Shown: positions 61,615 to 64,000 of the stretch, piece by piece | Numbering within the stretch: the first letter of the stretch is position 1 | Layout: each line of letters opens with the position of its first letter | Assembly: GCA_965248055.1 (NCBI GenBank) | Contig: CBDFIJ010000004.1 | Span: 3,136,001 to 3,200,000 of the forward strand | Length of the DNA: 64,000 bases | From: Candidatus Multivoradales bacterium | GTDB taxonomy: Bacteria > Acidobacteriota > Thermoanaerobaculia > Multivoradales > JAHEKO01 | Direction of reading: 5' to 3' | Notes under the pieces: model-generated | What the model was told of the DNA's origin: nothing | What the model saw: the letters and a program-made list of their open reading frames with translations, nothing else | Database searches by the model: none | Program-made: the position numbers and the translations under genes

Positions 61615-62763
61615 TGCCCCGTCCGGTTAATTCACTTTCCATACTTTATCTATTGTGATGTGATGAGTTCATGGCACAAGCAAAAAGGTTGGAGATTGGT
61701 CGAGCGGATGAGAGAGAGCTTCAAAGATGGCTGCGATCGAGTAACACGCGAAGAAGTTTGGCCGAGAGAGCAAAGATTCTTCTCTTGAGTCAAGAGGGGC
61801 TGAGCGCCGCCGCAGTGGGCGAGAAACTTGGTGTCGCAAGGCTGACCGTCTACAAGTGGCGTCGTCGCTTCCAGGAGGGTGGTTTGGAAGCGCTGTCGGA
61901 CCGACCGCGACCGGGGCAACCGCGAAAACTGACGGCAGATATAACAGAAAAGATCTTGCGTCTGACCACACAGCACATTCCCAAGGAGTCGACCCACTGG
62001 AGTCTTCGGTTGATGGCCAAGTACGCCGGCGTGACCAAGTGGCAGGTCCAGCAGGTCTGGGCGGCTGCCGACCTTCGGCCTCATCGGCTTCGCAACTTCA
62101 AACTCAGCAACGATCCTCTGTTCGCCGAGAAAGTCATCGACGTCGTCGGCCTTTATCTACGGCCTCCAGACAACGCAGTCGTGCTGTCGGTTGACGAAAA
62201 GACACAGATCCAGGCTCTGGACCGCACCCAGCCCTTGTTGCCGCTTCGCCCCGGACAGATCGAGCGGCGTACCCATGACTACAAACGACATGGTACGACG
62301 AGTCTCTATGCTGCGTTCGATATCGCGACCGGCGAGGTTCTCGGCCGCGTCACACAGCGACACCGTGCTCGGGAGTTCATTCAGTTCCTTCGGCAAATCG
62401 ATCGAACGGTCTCTGCAGAGCTGGACCTCCACTTAATCTTGGACAACAGCAGCACTCACAAGACCCCTGACGTGATGGATTTCCTTGCCAAGCGCCCGCG
62501 GATCCGGCTCCACTTCACTCCCACCAGCGCCTCCTGGCTCAACGCGGTTGAGAGCTGGTTCTCGCAGCTTGAGAGACGATCGATTCACCGTGGTGTCTTT
62601 ACCTCGGTTGCCGAGCTACGGAACGAAATCAAGCGGTTTATCCAAGCCCATAACGCCGAGTCCGCAAAACCCTTCGTGTGGACCAAATCCGCAAACACCA
62701 TTCTTGCAGCCGTGGACAGAGCTCGCGCTTCACAATGTGATGCTAACTAACCGGACATGGCAC
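61614..62763 (+). mobile_element. IS630-family element
   Basis: IRs GTGCCCCGTCCGGTTA / TAACCGGACATGGCAC; TA duplication within CTAG at the stop codon of the upstream gene. Confidence 0.9.
61671..62750 (+). CDS. IS630-family transposase
   Basis: VDEKT, DYKRHGT, LDNSSTH, ASWLNAVE. Confidence 0.94.
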   Translation: MAQAKRLEIGRADERELQRWLRSSNTRRSLAERAKILLLSQEGLSAAAVGEKLGVARLTVYKWRRRFQEGGLEALSDRPRPGQPRKLTADITEKILRLTTQHIPKESTHWSLRLMAKYAGVTKWQVQQVWAAADLRPHRLRNFKLSNDPLFAEKVIDVVGLYLRPPDNAVVLSVDEKTQIQALDRTQPLLPLRPGQIERRTHDYKRHGTTSLYAAFDIATGEVLGRVTQRHRAREFIQFLRQIDRTVSAELDLHLILDNSSTHKTPDVMDFLAKRPRIRLHFTPTSASWLNAVESWFSQLERRSIHRGVFTSVAELRNEIKRFIQAHNAESAKPFVWTKSANTILAAVDRARASQCDAN

Positions 62764-62765
62764 TA

Positions 62766-63030
62766 GGGCCTGTTAACGCTTGTCAGATTGTTGCGTTGCC
62801 GGCCCAACGGGGCCAAGCAAGGCGTGAGGAGTGAAGTTTGGCCGTTCCAAATGAGCGACGAGCAACGCAGCATGGGGTCGTTTGGGCCAGCAACCCGAAG
62901 GGACGGGTCCCATTTTGCCCACTGCTTCGTCTCTCCTCACTGAAGTACATAGAGTACATTGCGCTTGTCGTTTCTCGCATTGAACAAAATGGACCACCGT
63001 CGCAGTGATCTGACAAGCGTTAACAGGCCC
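62766..63030. mobile_element. MITE (non-autonomous element, 265 bp)
   Basis: Perfect 23-bp IRs GGGCCTGTTAACGCTTGTCAGAT / ATCTGACAAGCGTTAACAGGCCC flanked by TA; no transposase. Confidence 0.85.
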
Positions 63031-63033
63031 TAG

Positions 63034-64000
63034 TTAATCTCCGCGCTTGGCCAACAGGCGCAACGCTGGAACCCCCAGAGTTACCGTTCGCGCGATCATG
63101 AAGGTCACTAGGCCAGCCCACAACAATCGATTGTTGGAGTGATAGGCGCCGAGAGCGACCAGCGGCAGGAATCCTAGAAAGAAGGACCAAGCCATGGCGT
63201 TGCGCAGTAGCTTGGCGCGGGTGAGCCCCAGAAAGAAGCCGTCCAGAGCGTAGGCCACCGAGCCCATAGTGATGGTGATCGCCAGCCACAACACGAACTG
63301 GGAGGCCAGATCGATGACCGGCTCATGGGTTGAGATCAATCCCAATAGAGGTCGTCGGAACAGTAGGTATGCCAACGAGAAAACCAGGGCAAAGAAGAAC
63401 GAAGAACGGATCGCCAGACCTAGGGTGCTGCGTAGAGCACTTGGGTCTCCAGCTCCCTCAGCGCGCCCGGCATAGACCTCGGTGGCGAAGGCCACCCCGT
63501 CGATCCAATAGGCTGCCAACGCCAACAGGTGAAGCAGGATCGCATTGGCCGCTAGGGTGTTGGTACCCAAGTACGCGGAGGCATTCTGGAACACGGAAAA
63601 CGCCGAAACCAGAAGCACAGTGCGCAACAGCAAATCGCGATTGAGCCGCAGGAATCCGGTCAGCTTGGACCACAGAAAGATCGTTGCCCGGTCGCGTACC
63701 GCCCGGGGCAAGGTGCCAGCGGGGAGAAAAGCGATTGCCACCACGAATTGAATTGCTTGGGCGATAGCCGTGGCGGCGCCAGCGCCGGCTGGGCCGAGAC
63801 CGAGGCGCAGAATCAACCAATAGTCGAGAACTACATTGGCGATGTTGCCCGCGGCGACCACCCAGAGCACGGTGCGACCCTTGGAGTTCCCCAAGAACCA
63901 ACCCAGGAGAGCGAAGTTGGCGAGCGTCAAGGGAGCGCCCAGAATCCTGGAGTTGAAGTAAGCGCGTCCGGCGGTCTCGACTTCCGCAGCGCCGGCAAGC
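63034..64000 (-). CDS. MATE family efflux transporter (DinF-like), 5' end outside window
   Basis: RILGAP, GWFLG, NVVLDY, GAGAATAIAQ, LNRDLLLRT, DGFFLG. Confidence 0.9.
   Translation of the reverse strand, partial: LAGAAEVETAGRAYFNSRILGAPLTLANFALLGWFLGNSKGRTVLWVVAAGNIANVVLDYWLILRLGLGPAGAGAATAIAQAIQFVVAIAFLPAGTLPRAVRDRATIFLWSKLTGFLRLNRDLLLRTVLLVSAFSVFQNASAYLGTNTLAANAILLHLLALAAYWIDGVAFATEVYAGRAEGAGDPSALRSTLGLAIRSSFFFALVFSLAYLLFRRPLLGLISTHEPVIDLASQFVLWLAITITMGSVAYALDGFFLGLTRAKLLRNAMAWSFFLGFLPLVALGAYHSNNRLLWAGLVTFMIARTVTLGVPALRLLAKRGD

Overview
GC-rich bacterial chromosomal window; the gene content and repeat style suggest an Acidobacteriota-like host, which is tentative. The backbone carries housekeeping, peptide-catabolism and repair genes: three M16, one M19 and one M28 peptidase, pepE, lon, efp, recJ, an AlkA-type glycosylase, an ABC-F ATPase, ligD/ku, mltA, murJ, rpiB, a sirtuin, an NSS transporter and a MATE. 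Five things stand out. (1) A DUF3179 gene is split in the ORF track by an in-frame TGA that sits at a conserved Cys position and is followed by a SECIS-like hairpin, so it is probably a selenoprotein. (2) A type IIG restriction-modification gene is broken by a 1-nt frameshift. (3) A 9.3-kb insertion at the lon stop codon is bounded by two IS1380 copies. Its interior is a circularly permuted IS481 element carrying IS481 and IS256 copies plus an operon of two paralogous secreted 4-Cys peptides and a secreted beta-rich protein. (4) A compositionally foreign island encodes a multi-TM protein, an N-terminal-Gly QatB-like protein and a QatC/QueC-family enzyme with no QatA or QatD, a candidate new deazaguanylation-type defence system. 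(5) There is an unannotated arsC pseudogene, an IS630 and a MITE stacked at CTAG sites, and a REP-like GTCATCC...GGATC repeat family. No rRNA, tRNA or CRISPR array was seen. All product calls come from motif recognition by eye, not database searches.
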